DNA of 64,000 bases. It comes from Eledone cirrhosa. Taxonomy: Eukaryota. The notes beneath the pieces were generated by a model that was not told the DNA's origin, did not search any database, and was given only the letters and a program-made list of their open reading frames with translations. This document shows positions 1-10,972 of this stretch, in pieces. Position 1 is the stretch's first letter. Every line of letters begins with the position of its first letter. Location: positions 59,830,001 through 59,894,000 of the forward strand of contig OZ024740.1 in NCBI GenBank assembly GCA_964016885.1, written 5' to 3'. The position numbers and the translations under genes are program-made.

Positions 1-37
1 TCCACAAGTGTTTTTTAGCCTTCATATCATGTTCTCC

Positions 38-108
38 TGTTTTATCTGATGAAAACACAAATATTATTGCATGATGATGTTTGTTTTTGAAATGCGCATA
101 ATAAAATA
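38..108 (+). ncRNA. Type-I hammerhead ribozyme (Penelope-like pLTR type)
   Basis: Stem I TGTTTTAT(38-45)/ATAAAATA(101-108). Core CTGATGA (46-52). 16-bp stem II 53-68/73-88 with one mismatch, G-U pairs and a GCAT loop. GAAA (89-92). Palindromic stem III ATGCGCAT (92-99). AUA cleavage triplet ends at 100. Confidence 0.8.
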
Positions 109-138
109 CATGGAACTCCTTTAACCATCTTTTGATCT

Positions 139-142
<4 letters not shown>

Positions 143-181
<39 letters not shown>
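143..181. repeat. (TA)n microsatellite
   Basis: Direct inspection. Confidence 0.95.
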
Positions 182-186
<5 letters not shown>

Positions 187-217
187 ATTAAGGCCAGTTA
201 TTACAGCGGCACCATAC

Positions 218-264
218 CATGTACGTACGTTTCGTTAGTCCCGAAGACCAACTTGTTCAACCTG
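218..264 (-). ncRNA. Degenerate hammerhead ribozyme remnant
   Basis: Minus strand reads CAGG-TTGAACA-A-GTTGGTC-TTCGG-GACTAAC-GAAAC-GTAC-GTA-CATG. Stem II and the palindromic stem III are intact, but the core has two substitutions versus CUGANGA and stem I has a mismatch. Confidence 0.5.
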
Positions 265-675
265 TGCTGAAAATGAACCGAAAATTGTAGGAAAAAATAC
301 AGAACAATGGGGAAAGAGAAGAGCCCCGAAACCAAGGCCGGATAATTTGGATTGTCTAGGGAAGACAATTTGACCGAAAAAAAGCGAAGAAAAGCTAAAT
401 TAAGCCAGAAAAAAATTGATAGATTAAGAAAAATATACATCAATATTAAATAGTACTTAGAAACATGAGAACATCGCAAGAAGAACTCTTTACGTGTGTT
501 AAGTGGTTAGTCATTGTTGTGAAGATTATTCAATATCTACCATTTCTCGTCATTGCATAATCTGTAAATATATGTGACTCTTTATGTCGGCTTATACATA
601 TGGCTGTATGCATATATGATGTGTGCAAATGTATGTATGTTATGTGGACACATATAAACTGATTGTTTGAAATTC

Positions 676-678
<3 letters not shown>

Positions 679-747
<69 letters not shown>
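679..747. repeat. (CA)n microsatellite
   Basis: Direct inspection; source of the HT/CV repeat ORFs. Confidence 0.95.
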
Positions 748-748
<1 letters not shown>

Positions 749-1225
749 GTATATATATATATGTATTTTATACAAATAATGCAAAGATCGTGAAAGAAAA
801 AAACATACTAAAACAACGAAAATGCAAATTACATAAACAGAAATCATATCGTCAGCTGGTCTATTGCATTTACACCTGGTTTCGACAACTTTAAGAAAAG
901 ACCACATCATCTGGGAATATAAACAGTGTTAAAGACTAACTTTAAACAGTAGTTGAGAATCATACCCTACATTTTGGCAATGGAAAAGCTCTCTAGACAT
1001 TTTTCCAGAACATCAATAATTCAAATTAATAGATGTATGTAATTATATATAGAGAGATGATGATATATAGAGAGATGATGAGAACACAGTATTTTGTACA
1101 CACATACAAAGCATATATATCTCCGAAGAATAGTACAAATATCATACATAATTGATATGCTATGATACCTTAAATTTGTATATAACAGCTCCCAATCCTC
1201 ATTGGTAGAGCTGATGTGACTAATG

Positions 1226-1315
1226 TTTCGCACCTCTTTCTAGCGGAAATGACGTCCAGTCTTGTTTGTATCTGTAGCTTTGGGTTAAACGTTACTATAC
1301 CCACTGCTTTTCGCG
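1226..1315 (+). repeat. ~90-bp dispersed direct repeat, copy 1 (copy 2 at 2304-2393)
   Basis: TTTCGCACCTCTTTCTAG...GAAATGACGTCCAGTCT...CTGCTTTTCGCG is present twice with few differences. Confidence 0.9.
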
Positions 1316-1810
1316 TTGGGATAATTCGTGGAACCTAGCAAATATAGACAGGTATTTTGTACTATATACTGTATTGCAACTATATTTAATTGATTTATAT
1401 AAATAACGTAATTCCTCTGATGATTGATTCGCATCTCCCATAACTTAACCAAAATCGATAGTTGGTGATCGATGATCGATTACTTAAATCGATTTTAAGT
1501 TGTGGCTCTCATTGGATCTTGAAATGGCCACAAGGAATAAGAACATTTTCCATCTAAAGCACGTATTCTTTCTAGATATACATGCTTTGTATGTGTCTGT
1601 CTTCTCATAAGATACATGGTTCTTACTATCTATATATGTACATATATCTATAAATTTAAATTATATATATATCGATAGTCGACAGTCGATTGACAAGATC
1701 CCAGACCTCATTCACTTTGTCAATGTTTGATCTCTTTTTATTTATTTCAATTGACTTTTAATTTATATCATATATATGTATGTAATCCTCTTAGCTTCAT
1801 ACGGACGTAT

Positions 1811-1910
<100 letters not shown>

Positions 1911-2020
1911 ATTAATATATGGGTCTGATATATGTGTATGTGTGTGTGAAAGAGAGTTTGCATTCTTCAGAAACTCTGAGTACCTTAGAAGGTATACGCC
2001 AGTTTACCATGTATTTTACC

Positions 2021-2060
<40 letters not shown>

Positions 2061-2075
2061 TATTTCTCATTCTTT

Positions 2076-2109
2076 CTTCTGATGAAGGACTAGCGTCCGA
2101 AACGTTAAG
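2076..2109 (+). ncRNA. Minimal hammerhead ribozyme motif (Penelope-like)
   Basis: CTT-CTGATGA-A-GGAC-TAGC-GTCC-GAAACGTT-AAG. Perfect 4-bp stem II and palindromic AACGTT, but only a 3-bp stem I. Lies just after a (TA)n tract. Confidence 0.6.
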
Positions 2110-2191
2110 TCCCTCTTCCTGATATATCAAGCGTTAACCTAATATATTCCTTCCATATACCGTACCGATTGTGTTGTTATTTCTGTTTACC

Positions 2192-2195
<4 letters not shown>

Positions 2196-2266
<71 letters not shown>

Positions 2267-2282
2267 TCACACACACACACAC
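2196..2282. repeat. (CA)n microsatellite
   Basis: Direct inspection. Confidence 0.95.
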
Positions 2283-2303
2283 ATACATATATATAAATGT
2301 GTT

Positions 2304-2391
2304 TTTCGCACCTCTTTCTAGGGAAATGACGTCCAGTCTAGTTTGTGTCTGTAGCTTTGGGTTAAACGTTACTATACCACACTGCTTTTCG

Positions 2392-2393
<2 letters not shown>
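2304..2393 (+). repeat. ~90-bp dispersed direct repeat, copy 2
   Basis: Near-identical to 1226-1315; flanked by (CA)n and (TA)n tracts. Confidence 0.9.
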
Positions 2394-2462
<69 letters not shown>

Positions 2463-2641
2463 TGTATACAGACGTACAGTAGTATGTATATATATATACA
2501 TACATGCACACATATATATATGTACGTATGGATTCACCGAACATTTATTATAATGCTCGGTGTGTTTGTAAACAAACATCCCGTATTAAGCCGTAGTGTC
2601 TAGCAACCATCGTTGCTCGTTTGTTTAACACTGACAAAGGA

Positions 2642-2684
2642 ACGCTGTACTAGTTTCAAGCTTATTAGCTATCGTCAGCAACGT
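2642..2684 (-). ncRNA. Type-I hammerhead ribozyme (left arm)
   Basis: Minus strand ACGTTG-CTGACGA-TAGCTAATAAGCTT-GAAAC-TA-GTA-CAGCGT. 6-bp stem I, AGCT/AGCT stem II, palindromic ACTAGT stem III, GUA triplet. Confidence 0.75.
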
Positions 2685-2932
2685 ATACCTTCCTGCCAGA
2701 TGATTGAACGTCTGAAAGTATATACTTTCCTTACGTATACATACTTATATTTATTTAAGTAACAGCCGTACTAAGAGTGGGAAATGAAATTTCGTTTCAT
2801 TTTTTTCCGTTTATCGTTTTCGGTGCACCCGGCCGATTAACCCACTCGATATGCAAATTAGGCTGCCCAGCCGTTATTATGCATAAGGAAAGTAAATACT
2901 TTCAGATGTTCATTCATCTGGCAGGAAGGTAT

Positions 2933-2975
2933 ACGTTGCTGACGATAGCTAATACGCTTGAAACTAGTACAGCGT
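2933..2975 (+). ncRNA. Type-I hammerhead ribozyme (right arm)
   Basis: ACGTTG-CTGACGA-TAGCTAATACGCTT-GAAAC-TA-GTA-CAGCGT. Predicted cleavage after A2969. Confidence 0.75.
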
Positions 2976-3432
2976 TTCTTTGTCAGTGTTGAACAAACGA
3001 GCAACGATGGTTGCTAGACACTACGGCTTAATTCGGGATGTTTGTTTACAAACACACTGAGCATTATAATAAATGTTCGGTGAATCCATACGTACATATA
3101 TATATATATATGTGCATGTATGTATATATATATATACATACTACTGTACGTCTGTATACATATATGTATGTACGTGTACATACTTATATTTAAGTAACAG
3201 CCGTACTAAGAGTGGGAAATGAAATTTCGTTTCATTTTTTCCGTTTATATATATATATGCACGTGTGTGTGTGTATGTGATCTACCAGATAAATCCTTGT
3301 GAACTATCAGTGATTAAATATTTTACTTAGATAAACTAAAATTCTACTGCTTAGATTCCAGGTTCATTTGTGCCTATCCATTATATAGACCCATGGCATA
3401 TATTTAACTATCCCAATGTATTATATTTCCCC

Positions 3433-4220
3433 GGTAGAATTGACATGCACAGCCAGGTTGTAAGGGGCATCAAGACAGGCCAGGGTAGAATCAGTCGGCT
3501 GGATTTTGCAGACGACATAGAATTATTTAACTCATCAGATTATTTCAGACATGCACTTAATAAGTTTGATGCCGAATGTTGCACGGCAGGAATGTAAATC
3601 AGTGCAGCAAAGACTGAGACACTCATTCTCTCATGGAAGCTTGTGCTGTGCACTTTGCATGTCAGTGGAATCCACTGAAGCAGGTGGAGAAGTTAAAATA
3701 TCTCGGGGTCGTATTTATGAATGATGAAAAGCATGAGGCTTAATTAAGTGCAAGAATTGCAGGAGCTGGTGCAGTAATGTGCCAAATTTAGTATTCGGTA
3801 ATGAGAAGAAGGGAGATAGGTATAAAAGCTAAACTCTCTATCTTTCATTCGGTATTTGTACCAACCCTAACCTATGGTCCTGAATCTTGGGTAATAACCG
3901 AATGGATACGATTGCAAATGCAAATGGCCGAAATGGGGTTCCTACGAAGGGTCTTCGGAATAACATTACTCATTAAACTCAATGTAGAGCCGCTACTTCT
4001 CTGAATTTAGAGATCACAGCTCCGATACTATGGAAATGTCGTTAGAATGTCTCAGGAAAGCATCGCTAGACAGATTTTACAGGCAAAATCAACAGGCAGG
4101 AGACCCAGGGACAGACCCCGAGCAAGATGGGTGGATAATATCCATGAGCTCGGTTGGTCTCATTTGGGGATCCAGTCGGGTCAATTGGAATTGGTTGCTT
4201 CTGATAGGACACACTGCTTG
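3433..4220 (+). mobile_element. 5'-truncated, decayed RTE-clade non-LTR retrotransposon (RT C-terminal part)
   Basis: Broken frames give ISRLDFADDI (RT catalytic motif), KAKLSIFHSVFVPTLTYGPESW...AEMGFLRRV and GRRPRDRPRARWVDNI, typical of RTE ORF ends. Contains in-frame stops and frameshifts; followed by a trinucleotide tail. Confidence 0.85.
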
Positions 4221-4284
4221 AGAAGAAGAAGAAGAAGAAGAAGAAGAAGAAGAAGAAGAAGAAGAAGAAGAAGAAGAAGAAGAA

Positions 4285-4344
<60 letters not shown>
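4221..4344. repeat. Compound (AGA)n(TGA)n microsatellite at the RTE 3' end
   Basis: Direct inspection; source of the poly-R/S/F/I ORFs. Confidence 0.95.
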
Positions 4345-4346
<2 letters not shown>

Positions 4347-4724
4347 GAGGTTCATTCTTACTGTTTATGGCCATAAAAGCACAGTACTTAGTACACGGTG
4401 ATTTAATTTATCACTTAGATGAATTAAACTGTCTAGGTCCATGTACGCCTATCTCTTTTAGGTATATGTGTATATGTGTGCTGGGCCTTCAAGAAAAATT
4501 GTGCAAGGCAGTGCAAGACCCCTTTGGAGCCCGAGGCAGACAAACATTTTTTTCAAAATGGATGCTACATGTTTGCTGTAGGGTCTTCTTAGCTCTTGGG
4601 CCCCGGAACAACGTACCGACTAGACCCCCACTTCTCATAGGCTCTGTATGTGTGTGTGGGAGTGGTAGTGGGAGTAGTGTATTACGGTTTTCGTAATAGG
4701 TACACTATATTCTCGTATACCGTA

Positions 4725-4792
4725 AGAGGTTGGTAACAGGAAAGGCATCAGGCTCTAAAACATTGCCAGCATGGAAAAATGGATACAAAAAC
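4725..4792 (+). mobile_element. Fragment of the GGAAGGGCATC...AGCATGGAAAA retroposon 3' region
   Basis: GGTTGGTAACAGGAAAGGCATCAGGCT...GCCAGCATGGAAAAATGGA resembles the reverse complement of 7445-7575 and 16975-17115. Similar decayed pieces lie at ~11240-11345 and ~12367-12462. Confidence 0.55.
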
Positions 4793-4927
4793 GAAAGCGA
4801 GGGAGAAGAGTGGACAAAATACGGATTACTGCTCGTATTTCGAAGATAACATACGAAAAAAATAAAAAATTAATAAAGCGCTCCCATATTGAGTAATATA
4901 GTTGTGTGTATGTAATATTATTATGTA

Positions 4928-5174
4928 CGCCGAGGTTAACTTTGCCTTTCATCCTTACGGGGTCGATAAAATAAAGTACCAGTAATGCACTGAGTAATTG
5001 CTGGCCTTGTGCCAAAAATAGAAACAATTATTATGTATTTGAACTTTACGGTCTGAGTTTAAATCCTGCCGAGGTTAACTTTACCTTTTATTCTTACGGG
5101 GTCGATAAAATAAAGTACCAGTAATGCACTGAGATAATTGCTGGCCTTGTGCCAAAAGTAGAAAAAATTATTAT
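4928..5174 (+). mobile_element. Two tandem partial copies of SINE family A
   Basis: GCCGAGGTTAACTTT...CTTACGGGGTCGATAAAATAAAGTACCAGTAATGCACTGAG...GGCCTTGTGCCAAAA occurs twice (4928-5034, 5042-5174). Confidence 0.85.
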
Positions 5175-6517
5175 GTGTAGTTGTGTAGTCCATCTTGTGT
5201 GTTTATGATAGAGTTCTGGGGAATGGGAAATTGTACCTTGAAAACAATGACTTTCTTCTGTTGAAAGCCATATGTTGAAATCAATTCTATTGTTTAAAAG
5301 CCATATGTTGGAATAAATTCTATTGTTATTGAATTACGTAAACTCTGTCTTTACATTGGGGCTCTGATTGTTTTGAAAGTATGGCTAATACGTCATGGTT
5401 TTGTCGACTGACAATTCCTGTGAAGGCTAATGTTGTTTATATTTATTATATTGAAATGCATTCTAGATTCCATGCATGCTTTAATGATGGCTATGTGATG
5501 AAGGGAAATAACTCTTGTAAAACTTTTGTTCAAATATGTTTTCTATTTAGCAAAATGACGACAATCTGACAGACAAATGAATACACAGCTTTTCGCATAT
5601 GCCTAAGCATCTCTAAGTGGACAAAAATCTTAAATTTACTTAGAGATTTTATAAGAGGCTTTGAAATGAGAATTGGGACATTAAAATTAAGTATCTTAAC
5701 CCTTTGCCTACAATAATTTTCATAGGAAATGTCTACGATTAAAATAGTAAAATTTCTTGAAAGCCCAACCTACTTTTGATACTTTTAAAATGTTTATATT
5801 TATCTAAAAACTTTCCATCCTAATTTTATGCAAGATACCTTATGTTCAACATTAAATTAATAATGAGAAACATCTAAATCAGACACTGATTAATGTTAAT
5901 AAACAAAGAAAACACTGACTTTGAACGAGTCATATACTGTTGAACTATATCACAAACAGGTATCACCTCCATGTTTTTGTGCAGGTTGACCAGAAACTCT
6001 TTGGCGCCTTTTGTTCCAATGCAGAAACTACCAGTCTGAGACAAAGGACATCTTGAAGCTGATCATTAAAAGGCTGACAAAATTGGAGATACAATATATT
6101 GTTAAGGATATACTAACGATAAACAAGATCTTTCAGTACTGGAGGCTATGAAAAGATTCAACAACAGAAAATCTCATTTATACTTCTTTTACCTCCCATT
6201 GGACTTTCCTCTTGTTTTGTTTTTTAACTGTGAAGGGTATTACATATTTCCTTTAGTCTGTCATGGCTTACTAGATATATATGGACGTTTAAATTGATTA
6301 AATAAATAAATAAATAAATAGATGAAATATTTATATTACTAAATCCTTCCAAATTCTTAATTATTTGAAAATTATAGGCAATATCTTTTATCAGAAATAT
6401 AGTAATGAAAGGTTTATGAAGGATTCTTTAGACAATGTAGTTTTAGATATACAAAAAGACAGGATACCCAAGGCTAGAATGAAAAATAACTAATATCTAT
6501 TAACTAGTGATTAACTA

Positions 6518-6840
6518 AGGTGCATGGCTTAGTGGTTAGAGTAATTGAGCTTGTAATTGAGAGGTTGTGAGTTTGATTCTTGGACGAGGTGATGCATTGT
6601 GTCCTTGAGCAAGACACTTTATTTCACGTTACTCCAGTTTACTCAGCTGAGTTACAATATCACTGGTGCCCAGCTGTATCGGCCATTGCCTTTCTCTTGG
6701 ACAACATTGGTGGCATTGAAAGGGGGAGACTGCTATGCATGGGCAACTACTGGTCTTCCACAAAACGTTGCCCAGGCTTGTGCCTCAGAGGGAAACTTTC
6801 TAGGTGCAAAACCACGGTCATTCGTGACCAAGTGAGGCCT
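6518..6840 (+). mobile_element. tRNA-derived SINE (family B)
   Basis: A-box TGGCTTAGTGG and B-box-like GAGTTTGATTC, followed by GTGTCCTTGAGCAAGACACTT, a body motif common to metazoan tRNA-SINEs. Confidence 0.75.
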
Positions 6841-6857
6841 TAGTGGTTGGCATTATT

Positions 6858-7048
6858 GGTGAATTGGCAGTATCTGTAGAGGGTCAGACGCCATGCTTTC
6901 TAGCATAGTTATGTCCCTTTATAATCTGAGTTCAAATCCCGCCGAGGTTAACTTTGTCTTTCATCCTTACGTGGTCGATAAAATAAAGTACCAGTAATGT
7001 ACTGGGTAATTTGCTGGCCTTGTGCCAAAAAGTAGAAACAATTATTTA
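6858..7048 (+). mobile_element. Near full-length SINE family A copy
   Basis: A-box-like TGGCAGTATCTG, B-box GAGTTCAAATCC (6928-6939), and the same body as the 4928-5174 copies. Confidence 0.8.
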
Positions 7049-7248
7049 TATAATTGAATATCACATCTTAAAAAATCTGTATTTGTATAAAATGCTTCAT
7101 GTTCAAATCTTCTTCAGGATTGATAAAATAAGTTTAGCTTCATCATACTGCCTCCTATTGCAATTCATGATATAATGAACCAAATAAAGAATTTCTGTCA
7201 CCTTATATTTCACTAAATTTTGCCATCTCTAAAGGGCAGCCTCTACAT

Positions 7249-7827
7249 CAGAGGTTCTCAAACTTTTGGGGCTACCCCCCCCCCCCCCTCATGGCCATGT
7301 AATACCCTCAGCACCCCCAACCCTATTTCCAGAGAGACCTGACTACATGCAAATTGTAAATAATATATAATAAATAAAATCGTTAATTTGTATATAATAA
7401 ATAATATAATATATACCATATCATCATCATCATCATCATCAACGTTTAACGTCCGTGTTCCATGCTTGCATGGGTTTGGACGGGGGTAGTCCCACTTGAG
7501 GCAAGAGTGATTGTCTTGCTCGCATAGGACTGTCTGGCAGGTTTTCTACAGTTGGATGCCCTTCCTAACGCCAACCACATTTACAGTGTGGGTCTGGGAG
7601 GTTTTTACCATGTTGCCTACACGGCCACATTACAGCGTGGACTGTGATAAATACATATTATATATGTTTTATTTTATTACATTTATATATAATATGTATC
7701 ATTTGATATTTAACACACTATTATATCATCTCTACCGCCACACCCCCACCGCCTCCTTAGGTCCCAGTACCCCCTGGACCTTCTCAATACCCCTGGGGAG
7801 CAGTAGCACCCACTTTGAGAATTTCTG
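7249..7827. mobile_element. hAT-type MITE with nested retroposon
   Basis: TIRs CAGAGGTTCTCAAA / TTTGAGAATTTCTG. 8-bp TSD CTCTACAT (7241-7248) / CTCTACGT (7828-7835). Confidence 0.75.
7420..7646 (-). mobile_element. (ATG)n-tailed retroposon fragment containing ~1.4 proto-satellite units
   Basis: (CAT)n then TTTAACGTCCGTGTTCCATGCTTGCATGGGTT...GGATGCCCTTCCTAACGCCAACCACATTTACAGTGTGGG. Colinear with 16953-17175. Confidence 0.8.
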
Positions 7828-7934
7828 CTCTACGTGATTGTTCACCCTTCTAGAAATAACTATCTCATCTACTTCAAATTACATGTGGTCATATTACATG
7901 TGGCTACATTACATGTGGCCACATGTGGCCATAT

Positions 7935-8202
7935 TGCTGAAGCATGGAACAAACTGCCTGCATCAGTTGTTAGCTGCTGAGACACTGTATCCTTTAAAAC
8001 CCTCATGCTTCCCGAAATTCGCCAAAACTACACCTAATGTACCCCTTCCATACACATACACATATGTGTATATCATGACTCATGCACTGTTCATTTTCCT
8101 GACGTTTGTACATTACCCTATGTACTATACATACACATTTTGATGAGTTGTAGTGCACCTGAGCACTGTACCCAATATTTCATTATTATTATTATTATTA
8201 TT
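7935..8202 (+). mobile_element. CR1-like LINE 3' end (short truncated copy)
   Basis: Near-identical to 13228-13488, including the GTGCACCTGAGCAC stem-loop and the (ATT)n tail. Confidence 0.9.
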
Positions 8203-8823
8203 AAGTTGAGAGAGACAAAACAACAACAGCAACAATCCTTGTGTTGAGGTTTCTGCTTTATGAATACATTTCATAATGTAGTCCAAGATAGAAAATATAT
8301 GAAAAAAAAGACATAATGGCTATGGTTTGAACACCTTTGATCAAATTATATCTCTGTTCAGTCAAGACAAAGCTGTGACTAAACAACAACTGCAACAACC
8401 CTTGTGTTGTGGTTTCTGCATCCTTTTCTCTCCTCACAAACCTCGAAAGGCCTGTAAGAAGTTGTGGTTGCTGAGATTCCTCTTCTGATTAACTCATTAA
8501 ATATATGCATGTGTTAGGACCTCCGCTGGTGTTGCTGATGAGTGTTCCAAATGTTTAAAAAACAGAACAGTCTGCTAATGGAACTAATGTGTAAGTAACT
8601 GAGCATTCTACAGACATATGTACCATTAATGTAGTTCTCAGGAAGATTCAGAATATAAGACGCCCCCTGGTTTTACAAGGACATTTTGAGAAAAAAAGAA
8701 TTTTAGTACATTTCATCATAAATCTATTAAAAATTATTCCATTGTTTTTTTCAGAAACTCTGATATAAGTTCAACATCATTTCACTTATATAAATTGTAT
8801 TTGTATTACTGTATTAGTAATCA

Positions 8824-8971
8824 AGGTAAAATTCCATTATAACGAATTTTTCAGTATAACAAAAATTTTTCAATCCCCAACCACTTGCTCAATGTGTTAG
8901 GTCGATCTCGTTATAAAGAATTTTTCGTTACAACAATTTTTTTTTTATACCGTTATAACAGAATTTCACTG
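8824..8971. mobile_element. Probable pogo/Tigger-like MITE remnant
   Basis: Imperfect TIRs GTAAAATTCCATTATAACG / CGTTATAACAGAATTTCACTG followed by TA; internal GTTATAA repeats. Confidence 0.5.
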
Positions 8972-9594
8972 TATTAATACAAACTAAATTTTTTTAACCG
9001 TGATTGTCCTCACCCTCCATTTGGCTTCCCAATTGGTGAAGATTTTTTATGCTTTTTGTACATCCAATAGGCTGGCAAATACAGTATATATTAAAAACAC
9101 ATATGGACTGATATATAGTAATTGTCACTGTGAGTCTTTAAACTGTGATCCATCAAAATTAATTTTGTCTTTCATCATTCTATAGTTAATAAAATACAGC
9201 ACCTGCCTGACATCTCTCAAATGTCTGGCCTTGTGCTAATGTTAGAAATTTCTTACTGCTGCTATTTTGTTAACAGTAAAAGTACAAAGGACTAAGTGGA
9301 TCCTGTCACTGTTTGAACATAGGAAATAAAGAGCTGAAACTTGATATTGTAATATTTTCTCTTCTTCTTTCTTTTTTATTTCCGCTTATGTGTTATACTA
9401 CATATCAGCCTGTGCCTGAAGGATTTCAGAAGCTTATCAGGTTTTCTATGAGAATAAGTTGCTAGCCCTTCATTCAACCTGTCTCTATTTCTGGAGAGAC
9501 ATCATGACTTTTCTAACAATGCAATGTGGCAAGGAGGAGGGAGGAGAGAGGGGTAGGGAGGAGGCGGGGAGGGGGAGGGGAGAAGAATCAGCCC

Positions 9595-9725
9595 TGTTAC
9601 TTGATTTATTGACCCCAGGAAAATAAAAGGTAAAGTTAACCTCAGCAGGATTTGAACTTAGAGTTCCAGGTGTTGGTACAAATACCACAAGGTATTCTAT
9701 TTGAGGCTCCAATAATTCTACATTT
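9595..9725 (-). mobile_element. Decayed SINE family A copy
   Basis: TTTATTGACCCCAGGAAAATAAAAGGTAAAGTTAACCTCAGCAGGATTTGAACT. Confidence 0.7.
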
Positions 9726-9751
9726 TGTTACCCGTATTAACTATAACATAT

Positions 9752-9900
9752 AATTGTTTCTACTTTAGGTACAAGGCCAGCAATTTGAAGGGGAGAGGAA
9801 AGTTGATTAAATCGACCCAGTGCATAACTGGTACTTTATTTTATCAACCCCGTAAGGATGAAAAGCAAAGCTAACCTCAGTGGGATTTGAACTCAGAACA
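9752..9900 (-). mobile_element. 5'-truncated SINE family A copy with 14-bp target-site duplication
   Basis: Family A body on the minus strand; TAACTATAACATAT at both 9738-9751 and 9901-9914. Confidence 0.85.
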
Positions 9901-9967
9901 TAACTATAACATATTAAGCTAGTGTTTATTTTTTATTCTAAAGCGAGGAAAATTTTATATTGTAATA

Positions 9968-10128
9968 TAATTGTTTCTACTTTTAGCAATTACCCAGTGT
10001 ATTACTGGTACTTTATTTTATCCACCCCATAAAGATGAAAGGCAAAGTTAACCTCAGCGGGATTTGAACTCAGATCATAAAGGGACGTAACTCTATGCTT
10101 CAAAGCATGGTGTCCGACTCTCTACCGA
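9968..10128 (-). mobile_element. SINE family A copy
   Basis: Reverse complement of the 6870-7045 type sequence, including GGATTTGAACTC. Confidence 0.85.
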
Positions 10129-10972
10129 TAAATAATGTTTAACCAGTATTTTTTTAGAGGGATTATTTGATATCTTGACCATAACTAATCTAGCATTTTG
10201 TTTTTTACTTCTATTGCATTCACTTGAAGAAGTGGCAATAGCCGTGATCTTCACAGACCCCCATATGACCTTCACATACCGTCTACGACCTTCACAGATC
10301 CTCCGTGACCTGTGGGATTAACCCAGTTATATTTCCTCTTGAACAGTTGCAAGTTTATGGCTGTAGAAAGAACATATACTGTTGTTTTTTAGCCCCAGTC
10401 AGTCATGATTGAGCAGACCTATGATATATATTGAAGACTACATTATTCAATGTGTATTCTTCCTTTCTAAAGACAGATTTGAGGAGTTGTTGCTGCTATT
10501 TCTAGATGTAGAATTGGCAAAGGAAAATGCATTTGTTTTGTTTTGTTTTATTTTTTGCAGTCTGGGTTTAAATCCTGCTATGGTCAACTTAGCCATTCAT
10601 CATTGGGTGTGGGGGGTGATCACATAGCAGAGGATTGGCAGAATTATTAGAGTGTCACATGAGGTATTTTGTGATATTTGTCTGCTTCTTTAAATTCTGA
10701 ATTCTTGAGTGGTAGATTTAATCTGATGCCTGATTTTACACCACCACCAGCTGGTCTTTGAGTGCCTTTAACAGAGTTCATACAGTTGCAATCTTTTGGA
10801 CCAAAACTTCCTTTTTTCCTGCCATCATTCTTGAAAGTTCTGGGAAATAAAGGCTAATAAGTATTGGCTTTTCTTCCCAGACTGAACAACCATATAAAGA
10901 CTTTCTCATTGGCTCAAGAAACTAGTAGCAGTTGGTACAAACATAACACAGTCAATAAAGTTTCAAAGACAA

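Larger units (their letters stand above)
2454..3247. mobile_element. Inverted-repeat structure, probable Penelope-like inverted pLTR remnant
   Basis: Arms 2454-2738 and 2879-3169 are reverse complements with few mismatches. The spacer start 2739-2814 recurs directly at 3178-3247. Each arm holds a hammerhead, and the structure is flanked by (TA)n. Confidence 0.7.

Noticed and set aside
845-915. Minus-strand GTCGAAACCAGG with nearby CAGATGA/CTGACGA
   Set aside because: No convincing stems I/II can be drawn; at best a heavily decayed hammerhead.
2560-2860. RFX X-box-like, forkhead-like and octamer (ATGCAAAT, 2851-2858) motifs
   Set aside because: Short motifs inside a probable mobile-element repeat; part of the GTTGCT signal is explained by hammerhead stem I and core.
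5973-6160. Possible exon after a TTTTTGTGCAG acceptor
   Set aside because: No recognisable protein similarity, stops in the frames checked, and no clear donor; would need RNA-seq.
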